A stretch of DNA of 64,000 nt from Phoronis australis (taxonomy: Eukaryota > Animalia > Phoronida): the NCBI GenBank assembly GCA_002633005.1, contig NMRA01000218.1, positions 598,931 to 662,930 of the forward strand, read 5' to 3'. A program made the position numbers and the translations under genes. Below are positions 39,601 through 64,000 of the stretch, one piece after another; positions within the stretch are counted from its first letter, which is position 1, and each line of letters begins with the position of its first letter. The notes beneath the pieces were generated by a model. It was not told the origin of the DNA and did not search any database. It saw only the letters and a list, made by a program, of their open reading frames with translations.

Positions 39601-41152
39601 GTCCATCTCAGTCTCACAACCCCTTGGATGGATCTTTGTGAAACAGAAATGTCGGCCACGGGGAAAACGACAAGTGCCTAATTTCGGATCCATCTTACTA
39701 CTACTACTGCTATGCTCCGTAGTTGCAGTTTTTTGTGTCAGCCTATGTATCAACTATTTTTCTGTTAAAAAGTATTCAGATTTGCTCACGTGTGTCGTAA
39801 ATTTTTCATGCCCTAAATCATGAGAAATTACCTATGAGTGAACACTTGTTAAACTATGATCCATAAATTATTGACAAATAAGAACTTGTTCAAATTAGAG
39901 ATGGGTAGAGATGTTGAGATTGTTCAATCTGTTTTGCAACATTGATTGGTGCCAGCCTGTTCTCACCATGAATACAAATGTTGTCTAAATTCATCTATTA
40001 TAATGGACAAGGGAGGCCTTGTTCAATACTAGACATGCCAAAAGGGGGTAGTGAAGGTAGTTGAATCCAGCAGAAATGGATTGGTGCTGGCACTTCCTCT
40101 CTTGTCAACTTTTTTAATTGGACATGGAAGATCTCGTAGAAAGTTTGCATTGACCAATAAGGGCACTACAGGTTTGTTGTTAAATCAGTTGCTAATTTCA
40201 ACTTGTGTTGTCCCTTCCCTTCTGTCTTATTCTGTATCAAGTTTCACTGAGGTCTGCCGAGTGACTTTAGAAATTATGTGTAGACTCGCAAAAGTGGCGA
40301 TGGGTGGACAAACAGACAGACAGGAAGCTGACTACGTGTTCACACAAAAATTTTGGTGAACGCGTGAAAACCTTAAATGATGCTTTAATTTCTGAAGCTT
40401 GAGGACAAAATACATCAAAGTGGCACGCCTGACGTTTAGCAAACTTGAGAAATATCTTGTGTTGTGTCTAAACTTCAGTTGAGCTATCCTATGTTCTGTT
40501 GTTTTGCTCTGTCTCTGCAGATCAATGTTTTTCCTAGTATGTAAGGTAGTTCACTATTCATAATAATTCTGATTCTTGACTCCCGTGGTCTTCAACTTCC
40601 ATGTCCATTACTGACATCAGTACAGGTTTACATAAATTTACAGTTGCTCGCTATGAGTGAACTGGTGTCAGGACGTTGAGGTACTCCCTGGCTATATGAA
40701 GTGTATTAACATCAGTACAGTTACGTAATCATTATCACGTATAACTGTACTGGATTCAGTGCTATGTCTAGTGTCTTTGTTTAGATGTTCTGAGGTCACT
40801 ACTGTTTCATGGACGTCTGTGCCTTTCAGCTCCCGTAGGTCCCCCTGTTGCCAGTAGACCACCAGCTGGCCCGGCGCGACCATTGTCTGCTCCAGGGACC
40901 AGTACACCAAGTTACACTCCACCTGTTGGCTTGTCATCGTATCTACAGTTGCCACCGGGCTACTCCTACCCGCCCGTCGCGCGCTCTACGTCACATCCTG
41001 CCCCCTCGTACACTGTAACCAACCCGTCTGGTCACATGGTGGATGGGTCTGTTGGGTACCAGCCTACAGAGAGGTTGAACCCCGCCCCACCAGTCGGGCG
41101 AATGTTGTGCACAAGGACTGAGTCGGGAGAGTGGGAGCTGGTCAACCCCTAG
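30544..41152 (+). CDS. TAB2: TAK1-binding protein TAB2/TAB3 homolog (CUE, coiled coil, NZF zinc finger)
   Basis: Exons: 30544-30654, 31925-32786, 33542-33702, 35586-35682, 37064-37186, 39031-39207, then 40830-41152 (or the microexon 40521-40540 with a stop). CUE: [20 protein letters not shown]1-binding region: [17 protein letters not shown]...[30 protein letters not shown]: [23 protein letters not shown]. Probably a co-ortholog of vertebrate TAB2 and TAB3. Confidence 0.92.
30654..31168. repeat. Minisatellite ~64 bp x 8 starting at the TAB2/3 exon 1 donor
   Basis: Unit ggtatggtatggattagacatgtaaattagaatccatggtgttttcccctcgtgtgaat. Confidence 0.95.
31925..32786 (+). CDS. TAB2: TAB2/3 exon 2
   Basis: [22 protein letters not shown] (CUE C-half), a long S/P/G/Q-rich linker, then ...EDPAYVR|gtaaag. 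Confidence 0.92.
33542..33702 (+). CDS. TAB2: TAB2/3 exon 3 (coiled coil)
   Basis: [39 protein letters not shown]... Confidence 0.92.
33826..33906. mobile_element. Short palindromic MITE-like element; related copy at ~37484-37632
   Basis: TIR ctaggacctcgctaaaa ... ttttagcgaggtcctag; the shared core (ttttaaatgagaacacgtga) is inverted in the second copy. Confidence 0.7.
35586..35682 (+). CDS. TAB2: TAB2/3 exon 4
   Basis: [32 protein letters not shown]. Confidence 0.92.
35657..35890. repeat. 62-bp tandem repeat x ~4 duplicating the TAB2/3 exon 4 3' end and donor
   Basis: aattgacttatataccactggccagc-gtaagttca starts at 35657, 35719, 35781 and 35843. Confidence 0.9.
36086..36497. mobile_element. 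hAT-type MITE with 8-bp TSD
   Basis: TIR cagacctttat/ataaaggtctg; perfect TSD tcactacg at 36078-36085 and 36498-36505. Confidence 0.9.
36891..37065. repeat. 55-56-bp tandem repeat x 3 duplicating the TAB2/3 exon 5 acceptor
   Basis: The unit ends ctgcctttactctcccag; CAGs end at 36897, 36953, 37008 and 37063. Confidence 0.92.
37064..37186 (+). CDS. TAB2: TAB2/3 exon 5
   Basis: [41 protein letters not shown], phase 1/1. Confidence 0.85.
37385..37690. repeat. 30-bp minisatellite interrupted by a MITE
   Basis: tactaaaccctggtttggcctaataacaga units flank an inserted palindromic element (~37484-37632). Confidence 0.85.
39031..39207 (+). CDS. TAB2: TAB2/3 exon 6 (Pro-rich region and NZF/RanBP2 zinc finger)
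   Basis: PPPVPPRVP...[32 protein letters not shown]|gtgag. Confidence 0.95.
40521..40540 (+). CDS. TAB2: Candidate 20-nt TAB2/3 cassette microexon with stop (DQCFS*)
   Basis: Strong acceptor ttctgttgttttgctctgtctctgcag; phase-1 compatible; TAG at 40535-40537; donor gtaagg at 40541. Confidence 0.5.
40830..41152 (+). CDS. TAB2: Candidate TAB2/3 terminal exon encoding a post-NZF extension
   Basis: Acceptor ctttcag in phase 1 matches exon 6. GC-rich open frame [12 protein letters not shown]...LPPGYSYPP...[12 protein letters not shown]. Confidence 0.6.
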
Positions 41153-44100
41153 GTACTGTCTCCTGAGTCGTGCTGGGCTAGCTTGGTGATGAACTAACCA
41201 GTGTTGTGTGAAACAGCACTGAAGTCGGCTGTTGCTTTTGACTGTTGCATGCTTCTATGTAGCGTCTTTAGCTGCCATTGGTAAATGCGCCAGTTATGGC
41301 TGTAGATCATTTGATTGTTCAACATTGGCTCATTGGAAATATGAACGCAGTGAGGTATCTCTGGTCCAATGGTCACTTCAATGTATTTGCACTGGCTGTC
41401 AGCTGCATGAACTTATGACTAACCACCTGCTCAAGGGTTCATCTCCTACTCTTTTCTCAATCAGTCCCATGCTAGTGTTTTGCCACCATTGTCCATCACA
41501 GGTGATCAGTTTGCCTCTTCATTCTTTTGTGTTGGGTGTGTGTCTGAGTTATTGTGTTTAATTTCTTGTTAATTAATGCGGACTAGTTGTCATGTCCTTT
41601 CAGTATGATCGGAAATTGATATTTTTGTCTCACTTCCTGTATTGAATTTCAGAGTCCTTTTGCGTGGTGTGACTTTAAAGTTTAATTCGATCATTTTTGA
41701 GTAAATTAAAAAATCATTCATCTTGTTTTTGGTTGTCAAAACAAAATTTTTCTGCTCGCAATTTAAACACGCAAGGAGTTCTCTGTAATTGATGCAGCTG
41801 TAAACAAACATGTGATTCAGACCACCTACCTCTGTGAAACTGATCTTAACTCGTCTTTTCCTTTGACGCGGAGTGATATCTGGGCTTGGAAAGATCTGGT
41901 AGATTGTTATCGCTTGTGACCACGGTCGGCGCATGCATAGACTCTGTGACAAGCCAACATATTTAACTTGTTCTCTAGCAATAACTGAATGTCAATTGTT
42001 CTCAAATAAAAGTATGGAACAAGGCTGCACCTGTTTTATAGTAGTTAATGGTGTAGGTCAAGGTCAAACTGTATTTTGTGGAGAGGAGTACGCTTTGAAG
42101 TAACTTTAGGTGTGAACTGGAATGTGAAGTGTGCCAAAGCATAGGTCGTTGCAGTCATGTTACTGCAGCTTGACAGTGCGTTTTTATTTTTTTCTTAAGC
42201 TCCTGGCAGCGGGCATGCTAGTAACATCCTTTACTCTGTTTCCATGTGAAGCACCATATAGAAACTTCTGTTTTGTGATAGACATCGCTTGCTAATGTGC
42301 TCTTTTTTGTACATGGCTCGATTGGTCATATCCAACCCCAATTTCTTGATCTGATGGAAACCCAGTGTTCATAGGCTATTGGCAGTGTGTGTTCTGCTAA
42401 ATTTTGTTGCTCCTATCTGGGTGATGCCTGTGAAATGAGGGTCTTATTCAGAGAAATTATGCCCTTGTGTATTGAATGCCCCCATGCTAACAAACTGCAT
42501 TGTGCGCTCTTTGTATTCGGGTGTGTTAAGTGGAACTTGCACTCTAATTCCGTATTTCTACTTGGTTAAATTAGTCAGAAACCCACCTTATAGCAACGAT
42601 GTGAATATGAAGTATGTAGAAAATTTCCAAACGTTTTTAAGAACGAGTTTTGTGTCAAAAATGACCTGGCGTAAATCGCTCAACTGTGTCCATTAAGTAT
42701 CTTGAGGTGGTGTTGGGGAATAACACTGCATGATGCGGGCTCCGTGAGCCCCCAAGGTACGTCATTACTGCAAAGGTCACCTATTTGTAGAATTTTTTGT
42801 CGCCACATTTACTGGTTGTCAATGAATACATCTGCACTTCGTTTAGCGTTGATGATGTTCATATAGCATAGTCATGTACTTCCTGCTACATGTATACATT
42901 AGCATACTTAGAAGCATGCAAATACATCTTTATTAGCATCATGTGGTGAATATCTGTAATTTACGGTACTTGGGTTTCTGTAAATGTTCCTCCTGCTTTT
43001 TTAGGTCGGTAGTCCAGTATGTCGTTCGTATGAAGATTGACACCATGAGGGGAACGCGTTACGGTGACGTGCTAATTGAGCGAGAGATTACGGGACTCCA
43101 CAGTGGTTGTTCCGCAGTGGGAGTTCTGCAGTGACACTCATTGAAGAGTTTGTTTGTTCTGAATATCATGAGTGTGTGTTTGAAATGTCATAGAGCTAGA
43201 TTGGTCACATATTACTATGCTGTTATAGTCTCGTTGAAGGGCTATTGTGCAATTGTTTTAGATGATATTGCAAGGTCAATGTTTTCAGTCAAGTCCTGGA
43301 GGCATACCTTTAACAGAGACAGGCTTGTATTCTATGGACTGAAAAAACACATCTTTGTGATTGAAGACAGGTTTTGGCAATATTAAAGCTGCGTTTTGCT
43401 GCGTTATGTTGGCTGAAAAGCAAAAAATCGAATCGGGCTTAAATTCCTAAAATCGGTCGCGTTATATTACTTTCTATGATAGCATTCTGTTTTGGTTTTA
43501 CAAAAGAAGCGAAACTGTCAGCAAGAGTTTATTGTGAATTCGAAAATGCACACATTACCTGTGACTAAGTGCTGGCTCCTTCGGCAACAAACTGAAGACC
43601 AGATGAGTGAAGTAATGTTTCCCTAAGTGCTTTGGTCAGGAATTTATCATCGACAGCATAACAACTCCAAAATGCCTCTAACTTCAAACTGGCGGAACTT
43701 ATTAAAATGAATTGAGATTTCCCAGCAGTTCTGGATGCCATTGGTAAATGGGAGAGCTTATTAAATTTTCATGATAGTATTAGTAGAAAAGGTATGAGTG
43801 CATCTGTGCTTAGAAATAATGTTATTATGACAGTATGAATTCAATGTTGAGTGTTTCTTTGAGGTTATGAACCACGGGTGTATTGTATTGTATTGTAAGA
43901 AAAATAACACTGATTTAATCAATAATGAACTATGCTTTAAAAACAGTAGGTTTATTGAGATTTTCCTTCAATGTGAAAATTCGTTATTTTTATTCTAGTT
44001 ACCGAAGCCATTCAGTTATCCTTGTAAACACAAACTCTCCAGTGAAGGAGATAATTTTCTCTATAGTTAGTTTGCATCCATTGTGCTTTTAGACATTGCT

Positions 44101-46740
44101 ATGGTCAGTGGCTTTTTACTGTCGGAAATTTCAGCTGGGACTTGGACTAGATTTAATGTGGATGAAAAAAATATTTGTGCCAACTAAAGCAAAAGATGAT
44201 GTGATAGACATTTGTATTCGATGATATAATACTTCTCCTATTCTGTTATGAGTATGAGGAATAACGTGACAAAAATGCAAATATACACATAATTATGCTA
44301 TCTGTGGTCCACAGTGTTAAGAAATAATTGACATAAACAGTCAAATTGTAGTTCAACATCCATTGATTTACAAATAGTTAAAAATGTTACGTACAATTTT
44401 GTGAATTCATCGGTAACAATTTAGATGTGGTCTATGCAGCTCGGAGGGCTGAGTGGCCATTTTCATGGAACAGTCACCATTAAGGACTTGGCTATATTCC
44501 TTAACTTTTCACTGCAGTAGTGGACTTGTGCTAGCACTGCTTGAACTTTCTGTTAGTTGTCTTCAGTCTTCATTATTATGTCAATTTTCAGCTTTGATTC
44601 ATACTGAGAGTAAACTCGGCAGAATTTTTAATGGTATTAGAAATGTATAGGGTGCTGTAATATCCCTAATTTAAGGACTAGTCTTGGACTATTGTCTTAA
44701 AAACAAGGGCTCGGTTTTCAGATTCATTGTTATAAAATAACATAGTAAAAGAGGAGCTTGTAATAAAGATCAAGTGATGGGGAAGTACGTCATTAGTGAG
44801 TAAACGGACACGAATGCGTCGGAGATTTAGGGAACATAGCCGAGTCTTGATATTGGTCCATTTCATGTAACCGGGTACAGAACACTTTGCCTTCGTGTTT
44901 CTGTTACAGTATGACCAATATGCAGCGCACCCTATGTCTGTTTTATGAAAGTGACATGAGACTCAACGCAGAAATTTGGTCTTGCGCTTCCATTTCACAT
45001 TTCCTTAACAAAAGTAATTATGTGCGGTTCACACTGTTGAAATAGTTTGTGGAGATACCAGCAGTTATGTGTATATTCTGATGGACTGCCCTTTTGCTCA
45101 AGTGAGATATAATTATTTTTCAAAAATAGTCGAGTGGAGTGTAAAACCAAGTTTCTGAGTTGAGTCTTGCATTACTTTTCAGTAGCTTCGCAATGTGTTG
45201 CATTTATGTCTTGTGTTACAGGGTGTTCCAAAAAGGGGGACCTGACTTTAAATTGCTACGTCTCTGCAACCACCAACTGCTATCTCGGCTGTGTCTGTGC
45301 AGCGGGTGGGAAGCATGTTTGGCATTTATTAAGTGTCTTGTTGTGCACACTTGTTAACTCATTAAGCCCTATGCACTGTTTTGTGTTACCTGTTCCAGCC
45401 TATAAACGCACTCATTTTAAGTCGGGTCAGTCTTTTTGAAAGTCGTTTACAACATGTATTTATTGCTAGCTTGACTGGTACTCGCACGTTATTAATCATG
45501 GCTTTGTAATTATATTGTCTGAATGTTCTATTGCCAATTGAATGGAAGAGGATCTTTTATATATCGATAAATACATTCTGCTGAATTATTTTCATGGCAA
45601 GTTTTTCTGTTCAAGAAAGCAGGCAGTAGCAAATCATACAGTTAGTTTTAATGGTCTATTTAATTAAGCATACTGCACTAATTAACAAATATCACTTTTT
45701 GTTCACTCCGTAATAAACAGTTGTCTAGTAAAAACAACTAATATTGCTGACGTGTCAATCAAAATTAATTACAGCCAATCGGGGCTCAGGAAAATGTAAA
45801 CATCACGATTGTACATCTTGTGGCACGAGCATACCAATCACTATTGGTCACCATTAAAGTTTGCACTTTCTAATCGTGTGACAAAGTTACCAATTGTGCT
45901 TCAGATAACAAGGCTTGGAATGACCAATGACAAAAAAGATATTTTCCAGGTGATGTATCGTTGCACAAATTTGCTAGAGTGAAATAAATTTATTGTGTAG
46001 TAAAATTCAACTGAAATAAAGGTTTTTGGCTGCATGAATAAAGTCAGATTAAAAAGAGACGAGAAAAGCAGGAACTAGAAATCAAATTGAAGGAAATCAA
46101 AGCCAAAGAAAGGGAAACCTCTTTACAAGATTATAACATCATCTACAAATTTTGCCACCAATCAGTTTGAATCAATCCATACACGAATGTGCCTTAGTAG
46201 TAGATGAGCGAGTCTCGGAGGATGCAGTGCTGTAACTGTTCGTTTTTCCCTAGGGCTCTCGGTGGTAGTGTGGCCCCTTGCTGATAACAGTTTCTACGAT
46301 ACATTGAGAATGATGAAAAGAATCTGTAGATGTATGCAGGAACATTAGCATTGGGCTTGTGGTACTTTGCAATGACGTTTGGGTGACCAGAGTTTTGTCA
46401 GTAATTCCATTGGTAGCCAGGTTTGTGTTTCAAAAAGGATACATAAATGTGGTATAAAATAATTTTAAGTCCATTTATAAAACCACTTGCCAAAACATTT
46501 ATTGACAAATAGATAAGGCATGTTTGGTAAGTATACTATATTAATGTCTAAACAAATCAAATTAATATCTACAAAGTACAAGACATATAAATTGACAGTC
46601 TCTCAATACTCTCGTCCACATTAAGCACAGAAAGTACACTTCACAACTCAGATGACCTCTGGTGGATTCGTTTTTGCGCATGTCAGTTTGTATTGTTCCC
46701 AGCACACCAGTGGCTTGACACATGAAGAGTTAGTCCGAAC

Positions 46741-59145
<12,405 letters not shown>

Positions 59146-60628
59146 TCATAATAGAAGAAATTAAACGAAATTCACTGTATGAATGTGTGCCATGACCTTG
59201 AAAATGAGGTCAAGGTTGCACAATCTGACCGACACCTGGAGGTGCCCTGCCACCACCTCATTGTGAAATCTGAACAGAATCTACAGCTTTGTTTGTGAGA
59301 TATCATATCGACATTTTCCCAACACAACTTTTTACATTTCTTGCCATGACTTTGAAAACGAGGTCAAGATCGCCAAACCCATTCAGTTATTCCCAGGGGA
59401 GACGATTTACCAGAAAATGTGATGGACATGATGCTATGTTCTATTGTCTGACTTTGGTACTCGCAGCAGTAACTTCGTGGCAACCTGATATTTTTCCCCG
59501 CTCCCTAAACACAATCAGAGGTAGCATTGGCGACATACAGGTCGCCAAATCGAGTGCTGACATCTTGTGGCATATGATGTGTACAGGCTGGATTTATAAG
59601 CTGACCACCTATACATTTCCTACATTGTTCATTGTTGCATTACGTAGGAATTCCAATACCGTACAATAGTCGGATAGGTGGTCTGTCGCAACCCAAACTG
59701 ATGCCTGCGCCAAACTGAAGAAACTGTAAGTCCCAAAATTACTACAAGTGGTTTATGGGTTTTTAACGGTTATCAGACCCGAAAAAGATGTGCGGGGTGA
59801 TGTGTAAAATTTTCCTAGGACACTTCGCCAATGTGATTAATCCTTATGACCTGCATATACAAGTACAGCTCATTTTTGTCAATTTCAGTCCTAATAACAG
59901 TAAAAACCCATAAACCGTAGGCAGTAATTTGGGAACTTACGGCAGCTTCAGTTTGACACAGGTATCGGTTTCGCTCAGGCATCAGTTTGGACTGCAACAA
60001 CTCCATGACTAAAAGTGATTTTGGAACAAGTCAGGTATCTGCCGATATGTGTGAAAACTCAGCTCGCATACGTTGGAAACTCCAGGTCGCATTTTGCGAC
60101 TGGGTACGAGCTGGCTAAAATCTCAGCTCGCATTTCAAAATTTCAGGTCAATAGTTTGAAGTGTAGAATGTATTTATGACGAGGTGAACTCTTAATGGGT
60201 GAGCAGATTTCGCCTACAGCCTGCTTAAAATACACAGAAGAAATTAGTACAGAAAGCAATGGGAAGTATTGTAGCAATTAACCAGCCAATCGAGGGGCTA
60301 CGTGTTGCCTAACCCACAGGCGTCCTCTGCTTCTGATCGTCCCTAATACGCTATATATAATACTGCAAGGTATGACACTCGGGACAAGGAATTCCACGGG
60401 TGCTTCACTTCAGCGATCTCACTGGAGCAAGACACCGTGAATGGTATTAGAAGAAAGAACAATTGCTCATGGTTTGTTGAAAACCTGTTTTTTTTGTAAA
60501 TTTATTGAGTTTTGTGTTTGATATGTACAGCTGAAGTGAAGCACCTGAGGAAATCTTTGTCCCAAGTGTCATAACTTGTAGTAAATATAGTGTATTGGGG
60601 ACATTCAGAAGTAGGCAACACGGAGCCC

Positions 60629-61030
60629 TGCTGCATGTGAACTTGGAATCTTGCTTAATCTCAAGATTAAGCAGAAGTGAGTGTTGCGTGAACTTGGAAT
60701 ACGCGAGGCAACTTGACAAGTTCATTCAAATAAGCCCGTTCATGTTCCTAAAAATTTGTACTGCACTAAATCAAGTTACATTTGAATAAAATGTCAATTT
60801 TAACCAACCTTTTCAACTCCGGTGATCAACAATAATCCATTTAGCCATTCACATACTCCTCTGGTTCAGCGACACAAGTTACGGTAAAGGAGAAAACGGT
60901 TGATCGCGAGGCCGATAGTTACAAAAATTCTTTTCAACGAATTCAAAATTCACCTTTTTGCCTTAAAGGATATTCAGTTCCAAGTTCACGCAACACTCAC
61001 TTCCGTTTTATCTCAAGTTCACGCACAGCA
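60629..61030. mobile_element. MITE nested in another repeat; TG...CA ends and 4-bp duplication
   Basis: gccc|tgctgcatgtgaacttg...caagttcacgcacagca|gccc with subterminal gtgaacttgga repeats. It splits a repeat that is contiguous at 22838-22985. Confidence 0.75.
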
Positions 61031-63401
61031 GCCCCTCGGTTGGCTGGTTGGGGGCGACAAGAGACAATACTTCCCATCGCTTTCTGTGGGCATTTTGTTC
61101 CAAGTATTTTAAACGGGTGGTAGGCCAAATCCGGCCACCGATTTTGAGTTTTTACCTCGTCAAAAATACATTCCACACTTAAAACTATTACTTAAAAAAG
61201 CGCTTACTTTCTTCATTGGTCCTTTATACTTCTATAAATATCTTCTATGAAGCTTAATGCAGTGTTCTCCACGACCCGTTTTGACTCGACACGGTAACGA
61301 GTTTGGATTTTATGCGTCAAGTTTAAAAATTGCCGCGCCAGGTTTAAAACTTTGTCTGGCTTGCTACCTCATCCTACAGCATCTAATCAGAGCTCGATTT
61401 TAATAACAATAAAGATAGTTCACAATACTGAAAGGCACTTAACAGTACCGTATTCGCCGTAATAAGGTGTCCGGGGCTCTTAGTAAAATTCGTTTCGAGG
61501 GGAGGCACTTGGTATTTGTAACCCAAGGTGGTTGAAACCTGGTCTCCAAAACGGGTGAAATCGGAAGCTAGGATTCATATAATTTACGCAACGTGATGTA
61601 TCTGAAGGCTATGACAGACTTTCTACATGGTGGCTCATTGCTATTAAATTTCATAGTTAAATTACGATCATTTTACAGAAAATTGTACTGAAATTCCAGG
61701 GCGAAAACTCGCTGATGCGCCCCTGCCTCGCGATCGTCGACACGGCAGTTTGAATAAAAATATAGTTTCGACTCAACAAATTACCTGAAATCCTCACTTA
61801 AGTTTTCCTAATAGCATCCCTAAGATTTTAAGTTGCTGAGGAGTCGGTATTAAGAATAATATAGGTTCAAATCTGCTCAACATCGTACCCAGTGAGTAAC
61901 ATGAGAAAAATCTCTGGAAGAACACACGTCGTAGTCACGAGACCTTTGTTTTGAAGATCGTCTGCGTGTGTGAGTGAGCAAGCACGTGCGTGTCATCAGC
62001 ATTCATTTGACGGAGTCAACGCAATGTAGGCCTAACAATTTAGGTGTGCATTGTAACTAAAGAAATAACACAAGCAGTACCACGAGAACGCCTTTTATTT
62101 AGCACTTGCTGACCACATCGGCACATCTACTGTTAAAACGTGCGAGAATTGTCTCGGTAGGGCGTAACGCTGAATAACATTGAGTCGCTGGGTGACGGGA
62201 TGTGTGACAGTCTGAGTTATTTTCTGGGAGATTCGGGGGCGGAGGTGTCTACTGTCAGTGGGGCATTTTATCAGGTATTTTACTTTAAAAACACCAATTA
62301 TGAATACATTACACAAGTGATTAACAAAGCAATCCCTCTTAAAAATAACATAACAGTTTGTGTGGCATTAGAACTTTCTGAATGTAGTGCAAATATTTTT
62401 TGCTTGCCGATTTGCTACCCATAGTTTCATGGATAGTTCCCGATGACAAGTGACAGGTATGTGGCGCCATGTGCTTTTAACAACAATTTTTTTATTCGTG
62501 AGACAGTCGTCAACTGCATGGGCACTTTGAGTGCGATTCGCGGTTTCCACGTGCAGGCCCTACAAAGTGTCAAAAAGTAGGTCACACCTGACCAGTTCAG
62601 TGTACACTTTTGAAACACTTATAAATACCACCAGTGGAGATGCTAGGGCTATAGACTAGAGAAAAGACAGTGTTGACTACTGATATTGAACTAGAAATTT
62701 GCCTCGAGTTTGGATTGGTATTGTGGAGAACAAACACTTTTAGTTGTGAGAACTTAGGTGACTTTGGCGAAGAAATCCAACTCCACTTTTTTGGTTGCTG
62801 TTAACTTTTTCATGAGGGGCGCGATAACCACAGTCACGTGAGTTAGGCAAAAGCTAGCGCAAGACTAAGCGAAGCACAAGACACTTGTGAAATAGCATGA
62901 GAAGGTATCAGGTGAAATTTGTAAGATTTGCGTGATTTCAGGTAACTTCCTCAAAATGGCACCCGGTAAGAGAAATTCGAGCAAAACGCGACACATTTTC
63001 ATCGATTTGTTCAAATTATCTTGAATGAATCGTCTCCAGACTTAATGAGTTGTTTATAACTCCATGTGTATATATGCACGTTTCATTTGATTTTATTTCC
63101 TGTATTTTGAAGTTCGTAACTTTTTGTGGGGATGTATTATCGCCCCTGTATGGCTGCGGCATTCATGGCGATGTAATTGCCTAGTTCAGAAGCTGAGGAC
63201 GCCTCTGGCCCACAGGCGTCCTCAGCTTCTGATCGTCCCCAATACACTACATATAATACTACAAGGTAGGACACTCCCGACTAGAATTTCCACGGGTGCT
63301 TCACTTCAGCCGTCCATAGCAAACATAAAACTCAATAAATTTACACAAAACAGGGGTTCAACAAACCATGAAGAATTGTTCTTTCTCCCAATACCATTCA
63401 C

Positions 63402-63686
63402 GGTGTCCTGTTACGGCGACTTCGTAAAAAATTCGCAGTCAAAGAACAAAAATGTTCACAAAAAGCCCCCATTCACGTTCTCCCTAGGCCAGTCGAGGTC
63501 AAGGACGGTACGGAAATTGCCAGTGAGTTACGGAAGTAGCGACATCGTGACTTTACGCGACAAAGTGGCAATTTCCGTACCGTCCTCGACCTCGACGGGC
63601 CTAGGGAGAACGTGTGTGGGGGCTTTTTGTGAACATTTTTGTTCTTTGACTGCGAATTTCTTACGAAGTCGCCGTAACAGGACACC
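63402..63686. mobile_element. Foldback MITE with ~120-bp inverted arms
   Basis: ggtgtcctgttacggcgacttcg...ggaaattgcca / tggcaatttcc...cgaagtcgccgtaacaggacacc with a ~45-bp spacer. Confidence 0.88.
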
Positions 63687-64000
63687 TAGGCAATGACCAT
63701 CGCCTCTGTTGGCCCGAACCAGAGGCGATGTAGAGGCTATTGGCGCTTTGTACGCCGGAAGCTTTTCGGCGAATTATGCCTCGCACCGACTAAACCATCA
63801 AAGTCACGTTGTTATAAATACCTTTTGCGCATAGAGGAACACCTTAGGAGGTTGTCGATGTGTTTAAGTCCTTCCAACTCCAACAAATACTCCCGTTATG
63901 AAACTTTTTCTTCGATCAGTCCCTATTTCAGTTCCCAAAATCGTGAAATCAAAATTTGCATTTTTTAACCAGGCCGAAGGTCAGAAGTTGCGATCCTACC
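63686..64000. repeat. Interspersed repeat, near-identical to 21707-22020
   Basis: Direct sequence match; both give the same spurious ORF MTIASVGP... Confidence 0.9.

Noticed and set aside
43383-43940. TTAA-flanked Kolobok/piggyBac-like element
   Set aside because: Only a very short ttaaagc...gctttaa terminal match and no second copy in the window.
62945-62972. aaaATGGCACCCG-gtaag as the first exon of a plus-strand gene
   Set aside because: Only 10 coding nt, with no downstream exon in the window. It probably lies within RBBP4 intron 1 next to repeats and cannot be supported without transcript data.
63124-63696. 190-aa ORF and its antisense twin
   Set aside because: These are products of the foldback palindrome, which reads the same peptide on both strands.

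Overview
This is AT-rich eukaryotic (metazoan) genomic DNA, not prokaryotic. It is probably from a highly heterozygous marine invertebrate deuterostome (inference from intron-rich vertebrate-like genes and repeat types). Three spliced genes can be rebuilt by hand with GT-AG junctions and consistent phases. NDC80/HEC1 is on the minus strand with 15 coding exons (4907-21344, ~627 aa). A TAB2/TAB3 homolog is on the plus strand (CUE, TAK1-binding coiled coil, NZF; 30544-41152). RBBP4/7 (RbAp48) is on the minus strand with 10 coding exons seen (46741-59111); its start exon was not found. Three 1.4-3 kb blocks are duplicated across single-N joins and look like uncollapsed allelic haplotypes. Introns hold many MITEs, Helentron-like elements, palindromes and minisatellites. 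The best leads are: (1) a TAB2/3 stop-codon microexon that would switch between a vertebrate-like NZF-terminal protein and one with a ~107-aa tail ending in a LIR-like motif; (2) about 14 co-oriented CTCF-like motifs carried by repeats at the NDC80 3' end; (3) minisatellites anchored on splice sites in all three genes; (4) a presence/absence-polymorphic MITE with hAT-like ends but a 6-bp TSD; (5) repeat modules shared by the 5' regions of NDC80 and RBBP4. No database searches were run, so all family assignments rest on recognised motifs.
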